DNA of 64,000 nucleotides from Oculina patagonica (Eukaryota): NCBI RefSeq assembly GCF_052425735.1, contig NC_135758.1, positions 29,140,001 to 29,204,000 of the forward strand, read 5' to 3'. Shown piece by piece: positions 1 to 12,826 of this stretch (position 1 is its first letter; each line of letters starts with the position of its first letter). The notes under the pieces were generated by a model. It saw only the letters and a program-made list of their open reading frames with translations, ran no database searches and was not told where the DNA came from. The position numbers and the translations under genes were made by a program.

Positions 1-1684
1 CGCGAGACAGACGTCCCGTCCCGCTAGAATCAAAGCGGAAATTATAATAAGTTGGCAGAAATTGTCCCGCAAAACTGACCAAATATTTATTTTTAAAGAT
101 GGCTTGTCACAGCTATATTAGCATAACGACAGTTCCGACTATTTCGCTCGCTAAAGTGAATAGATACATTAATCTTGCAGAATTCCTTTTGAAATTATGT
201 CTGCTTGTTATACATGTAACTGGGAATTTTCGCTTATTAATTTGCTTGAAAATTTTGTATTATTCTCGAACAAACAACTTTATTTGAAAGTTTCTATTTC
301 TCTCGCTGAATTTGTGATGCTTTCTCGAACAGTTATCAAATTTACTTTTCGCCGCCTGATGTTGATCAGTGCTTGCTGAATTCACCAAATTCTCTATCAA
401 ATGGTGAAGATACCTTCCACTAGAAGGATTTGAGGCAAACAGAAACAGTTTCATGATCAGCATTCTGTACATTTCACCGTGCGTGACTAAGTGTACATTA
501 TTCAAATCACACAACGTCACACAGATATGATTTGAAGACTCGATAAATTTCGAAAGAGTTGCATGAACTTTGGTGGGACTTTGGCTCATTGAAAGCAATA
601 ATTATTTTATGCATTGTGGTTGGCTACTAATGGGATGGTTAAACATCATTTCCGTAAATTTTAAACTGATATTATTTCCGCATAAAAACACTCCTACAAA
701 AATATTGACATACGCTTCTTGAATTATTGTGATTTACCTTCAACAAGCACAGTTGTAAATCAAGAGTGCAATAACACTTTTTTAAGTTTTAATTGAATTG
801 CCAGTTTGATAAAGAAATGGGAAACATACAAGTCTCTATCCTTTGACTGGCCATGCCACTATTTTCACTGCATTGCTATGTTATATTCATTCAAGTACAG
901 TAAAATGTAACGCAAACTTCAGTTATTGTTTCAATCTACTTGAATGTAACCGTAGTTCATATGGTCATGCGTTCTCAAGGAATTTATGATCTTATGGGCA
1001 GTAACTTGAGCCTGTTTCTTTTCTTTTTTTGTAATACATGTAATTATTGCCAACTGATAAATAAGTAATAAACGCAACTTCAATAATAATCAACACTCCT
1101 CTTTTGCAAATGATGGTTTTTTTATTAGGGAGGTAGGGGTGGGCACCTATTAACTTTTGCCACCTATATGGTGGGCGCTTATTCGAGGTTTGGCGCATAT
1201 ATTGAAAGCGGTAAGACGGTGGCTGTTCCAAATGCATTTAAAATACTGTAACAACTGTAAAAAACATTTTTCGATTTATCTCCAAAAGGTAAGGTGTTGC
1301 ATTGACAATCAAAGAGATGCTGGTTTTTTGCTGTGTTACCTTCAACCATTCAAGGAATACACCATGCTTTCACAAATATGGGGGACAGGACTATATGATC
1401 AGAATCACCGTCGGAAGGACTTACCATGTTTACTATACCTTTCCATCTGGAAGAAGACCTTGACATTTACGCCTCCATCCTTTTTGGGGCTGCTCTGGTG
1501 GCTCCTGATTGACATCAGGACTTTTAAGGAGGAGGCGACGAAAATTTTTCATCTAAAAGAAGATTTCATTCGGAGTTTAGAAATCACCAATATGATGTAC
1601 CAATGATGAATCTGGGAATTGGAACTGTTAACAAGTATCTGTCTTACATAACGCTACTATTAGTTATTTGCATAATAATTTCTG

Positions 1685-1800
1685 TGTATTTTGTCGTTTC
1701 TGCGGCTCAAAATGGCGAATTTACGTGAAGCAACAGTCAACGCAAAACCCTCCAAATCGCTCAAATTCGCCATTTTGAGCCGCAGAAACGACAAAATACA
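1685..1800. repeat. Perfect 38-bp inverted repeat with a 40-bp spacer (MITE-like hairpin)
   Basis: TGTATTTTGTCGTTTCTGCGGCTCAAAATGGCGAATTT (1685-1722) is the exact reverse complement of 1763-1800. Confidence 0.9.
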
Positions 1801-2282
1801 ACAGTTAAGGTAGGTTAACGTTTATTTTGAACTTAAACATAGACATTACTCGGAATAAGTTAACGATAATAAGATGCTTTCAAAATCCTTATACATTTCT
1901 TTATATTTCGAACATACAAACAGTCACGCCGCTTGTATGGGCCCCTGTGGGTTCTGGGCCTGATGCGGCTCGCTCCCTAACCATCAACCCCACCACGCTC
2001 CCTGTTTCCCTGCCTTTAACCGCCTTAACGCCCGGCCAATCGGCGCCTGGGGACGAGGCAGACGCTAAAGTTTATTATGTATAGAGCATGCTCATAAGTG
2101 GCAAAGCCACTTAAACCAATTGTAAATTAAAGTTGCTAAGAGAATGGCAGGACTCCACTGAGTCTGATTAAAACAAATCATAAAATGGAATGAAATGGAA
2201 CTACGGCAATGGAGCAAAATTATTTTTCAACAGTCTGTTAAACTTGTCTTTTGGGATTTTTTAATTTTACAGTTAAAAGTAA

Positions 2283-2590
2283 CATGACGTTTCGGCGACG
2301 ACATGTCACCATTACCAAATGCAAATTTTACATGGTACAGAAGGATATTTATAGAAAAGAAAGTGTGAAACTAAATTACAATAAATGAGGCGTGGAAAAC
2401 AGAAAAATGTGCATAACTAAGTAAACAGTTTTGCTGGAATGGAGTCCTTTTGAGTGTTCAGGGATGGTTTCTTTTTCCTAATTAGGAGCATCTCGTAAAT
2501 TAGCCACTCAAACTTTCCGCGGCATAATCTTTAGGATGGCAAATTGGCTGTGAAGGTCGATCGGCTTTTGATTGTGTTGTTCTTGAAAAG
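2283..2590 (-). mobile_element. Penelope-like element 3' remnant: GIY-YIG endonuclease C-terminus plus a degenerate hammerhead motif
   Basis: The minus strand reads ...RGKFEWLIYEMLLIRKKKPSLNTQKDSIPAKLFT* (E-x3-I...P-x-LN signature). It is followed by CAT-TTGGTAAT-GGTGAC-ATGTC-GTCGCC-GAAACGTC-ATG at 2321-2283. Confidence 0.75.
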
Positions 2591-3682
2591 CCGATCGACC
2601 TTGTTCGCAGCAAAGAACTGTCGGTCCTTTAAAGCACTCCCTATATAGGGAGATCACCAAAACATTTGATTGATGTGCTTAGCATTCTCATCCATTCAAA
2701 CTTCCCCAAAAAAAGCAGCCCATCTGGGCAGGCAGTATTTCAACTCCTACTCCCGAAGCCTCTTGCAGCTGTGCCGCTCATTGTCATGGCTTCACCGCTT
2801 GCTTTTGCGCACTTTAAATCACAACAATACCGTCAGCTACGCAGGTTAAAGCTCATTAAACAATGGCCGATAAACCAACCATATCAATACAGTTTACATG
2901 TATCATGGATTGTTTTTAATAATATGCTATATCTTCACTGGCTCGCAGTGTATTTATATCCACACAGCTCCCCTGTTGACAAGTTTTTTTTTGAAGGAGT
3001 TTTGTGAAAGTCATTTCTGAGGGGGTAGCTCTGTTGCCATTCTTTGATCTTTCAAATATTTCTGTTACACAAAAGGGTTAGGGAAAAGTTGGCTTTTTCT
3101 GATGGTTTTAAGAAAAATCGAGTTATTTCTGGAGAGGGCATCATGCTAGCACTCTTGGGAGGGGGGGGGGGATTTTGACTCACCTCGTCAACAGGAGGTA
3201 TGGCCCTATACGAGCTTGGGTACCCTGTGATTACTAAGCCTCAGCTCACATTGATTGATTTCAATTTTCATTTCAAATCTCCACACATTACGCTTGGCCT
3301 GCTTGGATTTCCTATGATCTGACTTACCTATAAAATGAAGCGTGGTTGAAATCCACCGTCTGAGGCCCGTTTGGTACTGGATCAATGTCGTCCATGCCTG
3401 CTCAGCGCTTGTAAACAAATCCATCTTCCACGTGCACTGTTTGTCTCCCCAAGTTCATCGGGTCCTTAAGATCGACCTTGAACGGCGGCTTGTTTTAAAT
3501 AGTTTTCTTATCGCTTCAGCAACTGAACCAGCTCCATATGAGAAAGAAATCGAGAGGAAGACTCACAACTTTATCACGCTCGTTCGTGTTTCCTCATTCC
3601 AGTCCTATCTCTTCCAACAAACATTTCTTCCCATTCCTTCTCGGAAGTTATGCGCGAGTGTTTAGACGTGAAAGAAGAGCCT

Positions 3683-3862
3683 GGCCTGAAAGGATTAAAT
3701 GGGAACTGGGATTTGGGCAAATTTTCACCGGGAAAATGAGATTTGGGTCACTGGGACCTGGAATCACAAACAATTAAACAATAGCACTGGGACTGGGATT
3801 TAATAATCGAGAAAACAGTAGGCTGGGAAATGGGATTTTATATCCCTCCCTTCAGGATCCTC
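3683..3862. mobile_element. Short MITE-like repeat
   Basis: Imperfect ends (CCTGAAAGGA...CCCTTCAGGATCCTC) and internal repeated CTGGGA(T/A) motifs. Confidence 0.4.
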
Positions 3863-4129
3863 TGTATAGTTGACGTTTGCAACACAAAGGGCTGTGAAAA
3901 TAGCTGTGAGGGGCGGTGTTTACCTAATTTCATGTCAAAAATCTCTTAAAAATTTAAACTGTTAACTTTGACTACCTTTGTATATCAAAAGCGCTCACTG
4001 TACGAGTTTAAAAAGACTGAAGGGGGAATAACGTCGGTGCAAATGGGATTTTAGCCGATTCCAAACACCGTCGTTTAAGTTTCACCATGACGGCACACTC
4101 ACGGCAGTGAAGCCTAACAAAGCGAAGAG

Positions 4130-4915
4130 TTTCGCATTTTTATCTCGAATTTTTCTTCCCACATCTCGCATTTTTATTTCAAAGCTCACATTTTCTATCT
4201 CACACTCGCATTTCAAGTTTCACCTCACATCTCGCATTTTTATCTCGAAGCACACATTTTCTATCTCGCACCTTGCATTTTTATCTCACATCTCGCAATT
4301 TTATCTCAAACCTCACATTTTCTAACTCACACTCGCATTTTTCATCTCACATCTCGCATTTTTATCCACATCTCGCATCTTTATCTCAAAGCTCGCATTT
4401 TCTATCTCACACTCGCATTTTTCATCAGTCACATCTCGCATTTTTATCTAACATCTCGCATTTTTATCTCAAAGCTCACATTTTCTTTCTCACACTCGCA
4501 TTTTTCATCAGTCACATCTCGCATTTTTATCTCACATCTCGCATTTTTCATCTCACATCTCGCATTTTTATCCACATCTCGCATTTTTATCTCAAAGCTC
4601 ACATTTTCTATCTTACACTCGCATTTTTCATCTCACATCTCGCATTTTGATCTCACACCTCGTATTTTTTTATCTCAAAGCTCACCTTCTATCTCACACT
4701 CGCATTTTTCATCTCACATCTCGCATTTTTATCTCTAAGCTCACGTTTTCTATCTGGCACTCGCATTTTTCATCTCACATCTCGCATTTTTATCTCAAAG
4801 CTCAAGTTTTCTATCTCGCACTCGCATTTTTCATCTCACATCTCGCATTTTTATCTCAAAGCTAGCTCACATTTTCTATCTCACATCTCGCATTTTTCAT
4901 CTCACATCTCGCTTT
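4130..4915. repeat. Minisatellite of ~17-21-bp units (ATCTCACATCTCGCATTTTT and variants) with a ~59-bp higher-order period
   Basis: Dozens of TCTCACA(T)CTCGCATTTT(T) copies are directly visible. The ORFs here are artefacts of the repeat. Confidence 0.92.
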
Positions 4916-5391
4916 GTTCAAGATCATTGGTTTCTCAGTCCCAGGCCCTGTTGCTCCCATCTCCTGAAAATAATCAACAGCTGGTACATTTTAAATGAGC
5001 GTTTATTTAACCTTTAACCCACAGCCAGTAGATTGGCAAATCTATATAACTTAATCTGCCCAAAAACACAAGAAAGGACTCACAAAAAGCGAAAAAACTC
5101 TACAGTGTACAAACACTTAATCCAGAGTTAAAATAAATTCACGTGTGAAGGAAAAACTACGCATGTCTTGTAGTCATCGGAAATGGAACCAGTTTACAAC
5201 AGAAAAAAATATAACCATGAAATCAGACGCTAAAAAGGCTTCAATAACGCATATGCATTTTAAGGACCACAGTGTAGTCGGGACAGATTTTGTTTTAGAA
5301 AAAGCTAATCAAACAATACGGCCTATTATTATCCCTATTACGCTCTTCTTGGCAGCTCTTTCGTTAAGACGAAGAGTCTGAGAATCTTCTC

Positions 5392-6384
5392 TTAGTTTGC
5401 TAGCTTGGCATTCCAGCACGCCAGGCACCAACTGCAGCCACGCTTACGACGGCGAACATTTTTCGTCTTGTCATAGCAGCCCTCAGATTCCTTGAAGTGA
5501 ACCTGCAGTCCCACCTGGCATTGCTTCATGTTGGTTAAGTCTTTGCTTTCAATTTCCTTGTTGATCTTCTCAACCAACTCCCTTCCAAAGATATCTAAAA
5601 CAGGTCAGAAAAAGTATTTCATTTATATTAAAAAATACTCGGAAAAATACGAAAACTACGACTTCATTTTTAACTCGGAAAATTCCGAGTACATGACAGG
5701 GCCAATTTCACTCCTTCCCTCCCTCGTTTCCTGTTAAACATAGGCACGCAATGCGTGCAAGAGCAGTTTTAGATTCTTGTTTCATAGTTAATGTTTTTTT
5801 TCGAAGTATTCGAAGGTTGAATAGGATTTACCTTTTGGCAGCAAAGTCTGTAACTCTTGGTCAATCTCCCGCAGCTGAGAACAGGGTACTTCCTTGTAGT
5901 AGCGGTAGGATTTTTGGTACACTGGTTTGTCGCTCACGGAATCGCTCACCAACTTTGTGGTGACTTCTTTTTTGTAGCCATTACCTTCGAGGTTTGCCTC
6001 CTTTAACCGTTCAATCATCTTCTCATCTGATACTTGGAAGTTGGGATTGAAAACTCTCACTTCCATGGATTCTTTGGCTGTTGCATCTGCAAATAAACAG
6101 TATAAAATATTTGGAACGGCACAGAAAATAACCATTCTTTGAGTTCGAACATAATACTGCATTCAGGCGTCTGCATGGGTCATACAAAGATAAAAGTAGT
6201 TTTGATGTTGAAATAAAAATTAACAGACGATCGATTCATTACTGATCTTCGTTTCGTCAAGACGATAACTCTTGGTGCTTTTAAAGCGTATTAATGGAAA
6301 TGGAAAGAAACAAAAGAACATACCGACAGTAACGGAAAAGAGGAACAAACCCAACAGGGCTGAGATCAGGTAAGCAAACATCAT
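5392..6384 (-). CDS. Secreted prepropeptide-like protein, 172 aa, 3 exons: signal peptide + pro-region + RRRKR + GCSWCLACWNAKLAN
   Basis: Exons 6384-6324 (MMFAYLISALLGLFLFSVTV, donor G|gtatgt), 6086-5832 (acceptor tttgcag, donor G|gtaaat) and 5594-5392 (acceptor ttttag). Both introns are phase 1, and the 519 nt join into an open frame. A candidate AATAAA lies on the minus strand at 5007-5002. Confidence 0.8.
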
Positions 6385-6437
6385 CTTTAACTGAGTGGAG
6401 CGTCTCTCGTCAGGGCGACTCGGCAATCAAAAACTGT

Positions 6438-6623
6438 TGACGTGTCTTTCTCAAAACCAAAAATGTTTGGTAAAGCAAAGCTCGAATCGTGGCAATTTAT
6501 TTACTAAATGACGTACGTAATGCTGACGTGTTCAAGAAGGGCGATAAATATTAATAGGATTTTCTAACAGGAAAAAGTCGGTTCCCTCTGCGTGTAAACA
6601 TGTACCGGAAGCAGATGACGTGG
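6438..6623. promoter_or_regulatory. Cluster of four TGACGT (CRE/ATF/UPRE-type) motifs and an ETS-like CCGGAAG upstream of the prepropeptide gene
   Basis: TGACGT at 6438, 6509, 6524 and 6616 (TGACGTGG); ACCGGAAG at 6604. All lie 54-240 bp upstream of the ATG at 6384. Confidence 0.45.
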
Positions 6624-7599
6624 AGCAAGAGACAGGAAATAGTACTACGTAAAACAAGCAAGTATCAAAACAACATGACTCAAAATCAGTGATAATAGAA
6701 TGTGTTCCAATTTGTACTCGGTACACCAGAAAGATTAAAGGAAAATGCGTTAGAAACTGAATAAAGAACGACTGAACTCACAAGAAGTGATTTTTCATAC
6801 CTCCTTCCTAGCTGTTTTGGTTTCCTGTGTATTCACCTTTTTTCAATACGTTTTGTTATAACGGAATATTAAAGGCTGTCAATTAGGTTAATTTATCGAT
6901 ATCAGTAAATCTACATTTGCCACATCGCTTTTAAAAAAGCTCCTTTCATTGCCTTTCAAACTCGTTTGAACTTAACAAATGACCTAAAAATTGTGAACCA
7001 ACAAAAGACCGAAAGTGTAATGGCCCCGTTTTGATTTGACTGTTTCTCTACAAAAGTGATCAGGTGCGGACCAATTTTGTGACGGATCCGTACCAAAACT
7101 TTTCAGAGGTCTGAACGCGCCTTTTTTTTATTTTCCGTTCTCGTTTTATTTGGCGTTTTCAGAGGAATATTTGTATAAACTGATCTCTTCTGATTCTTTT
7201 TTTTTCTCTCTTTGTATTAAAGTAGCAGGATATTTGATCGAAAGAAATTCTATTATATAACAGCGAAATTTATAAGAAGCTTTCGCTTTTCCCAAAATCG
7301 TAGCTGGGCTTTTTCTCTCCGAAAACAACTTATGATTTATACCCCATATCACAACCAACATAACTACAGTTTTGCATCGTACCTTGAACATATGATGCGG
7401 TCTTTATATACGTACAAACCTTTCGAATGCATGGATATAGGTACCCTTGACTAATTCCAAGCTGGTACGCTACTAAAATGTTTATTTTATCAGAGATCTT
7501 TTTATGCTATTGTCGGTTTTGGTAGTTTGACAATGATGCCTTCATTCTCACACAATAACTTAAATCAGTGTTCTACTATTTTGTTATATTAAGTGCCAC

Positions 7600-10500
7600 A
7601 AGTTACTTTATTTCATCAAGCTTCCTGATATGACAGTGGTAATTTTTTTCCATTTTTCCTCTTATTTATGAACCAATGTTCTATAACGAAGACATTTTTT
7701 GATCCAGGAGTTGTGTTTACTGTTAATCACCCAGGTATGACGAACACGAAATTTATATCGTTTTTACATAACCTAATTCAGTCGTTGCCTTAGGCAAGCT
7801 TTCAAAGCGGTTGAAAATTTGATCAAACTTATCGAATAAAATTTACTTTCTACTCACAAATCACCTTACTTAAAAACCCGAAACTTCGCATATATACCGC
7901 CTGACCGACAGATCGATAGAGCTGAGTCAGTAATTTTTATGACTGATCTATTTTTCTCCTTGTTCGAAAAATGTTTGCTAATCACACAACACAAAGAAAC
8001 GACTAGAAACTAATCAACTGAAAATGGTTCGTTACTATAGGCATCCACAGGTAGATATTAGAACTAACACAAGCGAGTATTGATGGGGTTAACTCCGACA
8101 AAAAAAAAAACCAACTGACAAAAGGTGTCTCTTATCCATGCAAGATAAAAAACGGAGGCAGACAGTCAAAGAGTTTTAACTCTGACTCTACAGACAAATC
8201 GCCAAATTAACTTTACCTGTCCTAAACAACGTTTTCGCTAACCTCGCCATCCAGCAAACAAACGTCCGAAATTTTAACTTGAAAAATAAATAAGCTTAAA
8301 TGGCCCAAAATAGTTAAGCTAGTTTGCCCGGCTTTAGCTAGCCAACAAACTGCTGAAACTATAAACGCCACCCCAAATCTTTTCTCTATTCTCACTGGCA
8401 TCCAAAACTACACACAGACAAATGCTCCCAAATCCTTTATTAACTAATAAACCAAGAAAACTTCGACCTAGTATAAAGAAATAAAATGTCGCTAGCCTTA
8501 CCACCAAATTGAAACTGAGAACAGACACGACAAGAATTCAACTCAGTGGATAACAGCTGAGATTGAGGCAAAACTAAGGCAAATCAGTAATTTTCGGTGT
8601 TAAGGGAGAACGCATTCTTGAAGGGTCTTACTCAAGTACCACATTATTAACCAACCTGTAACTAAAATAAACGATGCAAAAAGAAATTGTTTCCCAATCT
8701 ACGGAAAAATTGACCGCTTAAAGAATTCAACTATTCCTTCAGTCGGCTGGTTCGTTAAAAATTAACAGAAGTTGAGCCAGTAGCGACCGAATGACAGACT
8801 GGTCCCTTGTCCGCTACATATCATCAGAGAACTTTCGATGCTATTGCCGAGTTTGGATGTCTTCATCTTTACTCAACAAACCTTTATTTGCTTGATTGAG
8901 GGACATCGTGTATAAAAAAAATAATTCCATCGAGTCAAGCGACTACCGTAGATAGCCTAAAGAAGTGACCCTTGTTACTTTCAGAATTAGCAAATTTCTT
9001 TTTAAGATTGAAAGTTTCGGTGGTCGCGATTTTCAGGTAGCTAAAATGCTTACCATAACTATGCTCAGTGATGAAACGGAAAAAGAAAAGAATTTTTAAT
9101 TTCTTGTGCTACGTGGCACTTGTAAAAGGCCGGGTACCATAACTATGTAAGTCAATCCATGGCCATCTAATAAAAGAAAAAAATGTTTTAAATAAAATAT
9201 CGCAAAAGCAATCGGCAATCGGTTTGTTTTAAATGTAAATAAGTATACAACATCAAAACAGAGTAACACTTTGGAATAAGGGTAATCTAAAACAAATCGG
9301 ATCTGTTTGGTTCTCAAGCTTCCTGTTCTGTCTGATTGCCATTATTTCTGACTGACAACAGCAAGTCACATTTCTGGTCACTCTTTCAGTGCTCGACCAT
9401 AACTAAAAACTACTTTTCATCGAGCTTCCCGATATAATGACTCCCCAACTCAGAACAACAACAACACGTTTCTTTACCGCTTCAGTTTACAAGAAATCTA
9501 AACTCGGTTTGAACGCAACACCGATATTTTTTTTTCATTTTTTCATTTCATCTCTTTGTATTTACATTATATAAAAAAGCAATTTTCGCCAGTTGTCGCC
9601 TGAACGAAGACATTTTTTGATCCAGAAATTATGTTTGTTGTCAATTCACCCAGTCTTGACGAACAAGAAATTCACATCATGTTTATACCTCTGAATAAAT
9701 AACCTAATTCGTTATCGTAGACAAGCTTTTAAAGCAGCGATTGATAAACCAGTTGTCGAAATTTACGTTCTACTCACGCAAAATACATAAACCCCCCTTA
9801 CCGGCAGACTACAAAACTTAATATTACTAATGTTTTAGTTTTTCTTTCTCGAAAAATGTTTGGCTACTGACAGTAATAAAGAAACAACTAGAAAAACATC
9901 AACTGAAAACAAATGTTTTAAGACTCCTTCATGTAGATAGCGGTATATAACACATGAAGGTATTATATTGACTGGGTTAGCAAACAACCGAAAAATCGCA
10001 AAACACGGTGAAAAACTGACAACAGACCAGTGACCCACAATTTGTCGAATTCGGACATACAGTGTGCCTCTACTCCTCCCTCGAAACTAACAAAATTAGC
10101 CAAATTTCAACTGAAAAAAGTGACTCAGTCTTCCCACAGTCCGGCCAAACTGAAAGCAGATAAACGATAAACGGTAGAAAATTGTTCTTACCTTAGTAAA
10201 CAGCAAACTCTTGAAACTTAACCACCAAGTAAAATTTTCCTCTATCCTCGCAAGACCGGTCTCTCGCCATCCAAAACTGAAAAGAGACAAATGGCCGAAG
10301 TTTCATTTTAAGCAATCATGATAGATAAATTGCCTTAAATTGTAGTTTGCCTTAGCCAAGAAGCCACTGAAGCTATGATATAAACGACTGATTCGCTATC
10401 TAATCTGAACACAAACAAATAGTCTTTATCACAACGTTGGTAATAGACAAACGGCCCAACATTAAGAACTAAAAGGCCGAAATTTTAACCAATGAATTAT

Positions 10501-10700
10501 ACAGTCGCTAACCTCACCACATTAACTGAAAACAGACAAATGGCCGAAAATCAAATGACAAAATTATTGCAATATACAAGTAAGGATACACTGCTCGCAG
10601 GGCCTTTCTCAAGTATCGGTCAATGTTCAGTTCAGTAAAAACAAAATGATCACTGATTCACCGAATATTGACTGCTCAGAACGAAATCACCGGTTGCTTA
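7600..10700. repeat. Diverged tandem duplication with a period of about 1.9-2.0 kb
   Basis: Collinear matching blocks: 7687/9604 (ACGAAGACATTTTTTGATCCAG), ~7960/~9848 (TCGAAAAATGTTTG...CAACTGAAAA), 8488/10504 (GTCGCTA.CCT.ACCAC) and ~8612/~10599 (AGGG.CTT.CTCAAGTA). Confidence 0.7.
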
Positions 10701-12722
10701 ACCTCTGCTAATGCCCAAAAATTACCTGTACGATTTTAAGACAAGCTGTATATCTTCATGATCTACATGGATTGTAACCAAAGGGAACAATCTTAACGAA
10801 GGAAAAATTTACTTGTAAAATACAAACAACCTCACAACGTCGACTATCGACAGACATGTCCCTACTTGGGTCTACTTCGCTACTTACATATAAACATTTT
10901 CAGGGATTTTTGTCTGTTAAACAAACTTCTATTGACACGATTAAAAAAACATCGTGTAAAAACGATACAGAATGATACCAAACGATACAAAATGTCTTAT
11001 TGAAAGATTGGCGGAGAGAACATCGTTTGCGTGTGATAGAATAAAAACATACCTACACAAATGCTCCATGGAACAGCACTTTGACGCCGGCAAGGGTCAC
11101 AACACACTAGAAGGCATGTTGATATAGCAGTTGTTAAGAGAGCATATTTATCTGACCCAGAAGTTCGATCGACACGAGGACAAATGCTCATTAATTTGAG
11201 GGCTCTTGTCCGTTTTTGAATGACTGACTGAAACATGCTAACTTTTTGTTAGAGATCATCCCGTACTCGGTAGTACGACGGTGCATGAGTCCCTTAGAAT
11301 GCGAATTTATCGACTCGCTTAGAAACGAACACAGATGGAAGCTTGAAATCATTGACTGTAACTTTGCATAGACGCTAGGAATCGAAAATTAAAAATTCCT
11401 TGTGCACTGTTCCAGATCGGATTTGAATTGTTATTTTGTGTTGTACATTAATTCAATTCTCTTATTTTCCAATAACAGCAGTAGAGTCAGTGAAATATCT
11501 CAAAATTCAAATTTTTGAAAATAAAACTGACAATTTACCACACATACTATAACATTTCCATTGTTTATTTTTCTGGCCATAGCTCAATACACTGATTCTC
11601 TTTAATGCCAGCTAGAAGTTTGAAAATTACCAGATACGTATTTTTTTGACAGTGCCTGATGATGTTAAGAGAAATTAGATTTTTGATCAGCCTTTAACAG
11701 TTGGGTGAATGCGTCAATTAGAATACTAACATTGTTAAACAAATACGCATTATATAGCAACAAAAGAAAACACTGAATGAGAGACATAAGAACAGGAACA
11801 GTTTATCAAAACAAACTCGGTAAAAAAACGTACCAAAGAAGCCAGGGTGGTAAAAATTCATGCGGGAATCTTCAGCATAAACTATACATTCATTTGAATT
11901 TTCCTCAGTGAAATACACTGCAGAAAATACAAGACTCACACTTAGTTACTTGAACTGTTGTGTGGCTGACAAAGCGACTAGTGTGACGTGTCCTTAATTC
12001 CGTACACACATTTCCTATAAGATACCGCCAATACAGGCATTTCAAAGAGTCAGCAAGCGAATATATCGAATGTGGACCCATAGCTCGAAGAGGCTGAGTT
12101 AGTGGTGTAATTAAAGATGTGGTAAACAAACTAAAAACTACGATAAAAGAAGGCTGATAAGCATCTCATGTACTTGTGAAAACGCTTTGCCTTTCAATCA
12201 TTTCTTTGAAACATATATAATGCTTAATGGCGCGTTTTTTATTCACAATTCTGGAATGAGAATGGCCAGATATGAAATGCGCGCGTTTTTTTATAGCGCT
12301 ATTCCGTCCATTCTGCTCCTAGGGGCAGAATGAACAAAATGTTGCGAATGAAAAATCTAAGATGGCAGACGACATAGCCCGTGATTAGAGGGATGTGTCT
12401 CCTCTCCTTAGTTGCCAGAACATTCGGCAAATCCATTACAGTCTACATATTTTCTTCCTCTTCTTTATTAAGTAGAAAAACTGCTGCGATCAGTCTCGAC
12501 CACATGGGCGTTTTTTTTCATGCAGGCAATCCGAATTATTCCTAGCATTCTGTACCAACCATTCTTATTCTAGAATAGTGGGTAAAAAATGGCTCTAATT
12601 AAACTTTATTTCAATAACACTGAGAAAACCTGTGAAAATGACGGTGTAGGGGAGGGGACAAAGGCAAAGAAACTCTTCTCACGCTACCCTGCTGAGACAA
12701 ATTAATATTCCTGGAAGCGAGG

Positions 12723-12826
12723 CATTCTCGTCCCCAGAGCTACGTGAGCAAAATAATCGAAAGGCCTTGGGCAAGAATGAAAAGCTCCGCTGGATAAGGG
12801 TAACGCAGCCGCTGAAAATGAGATTG
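12723..12826. mobile_element. MITE with a 9-bp TSD (Mutator-like)
   Basis: Ends CATTCTCGT...ATGAGATTG; GAAGCGAGG is duplicated on both flanks (12714-12722 and 12827-12835). Confidence 0.7.

Noticed and set aside
260-1606. ORFs of 112 aa (260-598) and 149 aa (1157-1606)
   Set aside because: Non-ATG starts, no recognisable motif and no consistent splice chain; probably decayed repeat DNA.
2600-3665. Coding-like GC-richer stretch on the minus strand with a gtaagt donor near 3327
   Set aside because: The frames I read are interrupted by stops and no family could be recognised; possibly a pseudogene or TE remnant, but unsupported.
4107-4865. His/Ser/Phe-rich ORFs, or a CRISPR-like array
   Set aside because: These are translations of a minisatellite. 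There are no unique spacers or cas genes and the context is eukaryotic.
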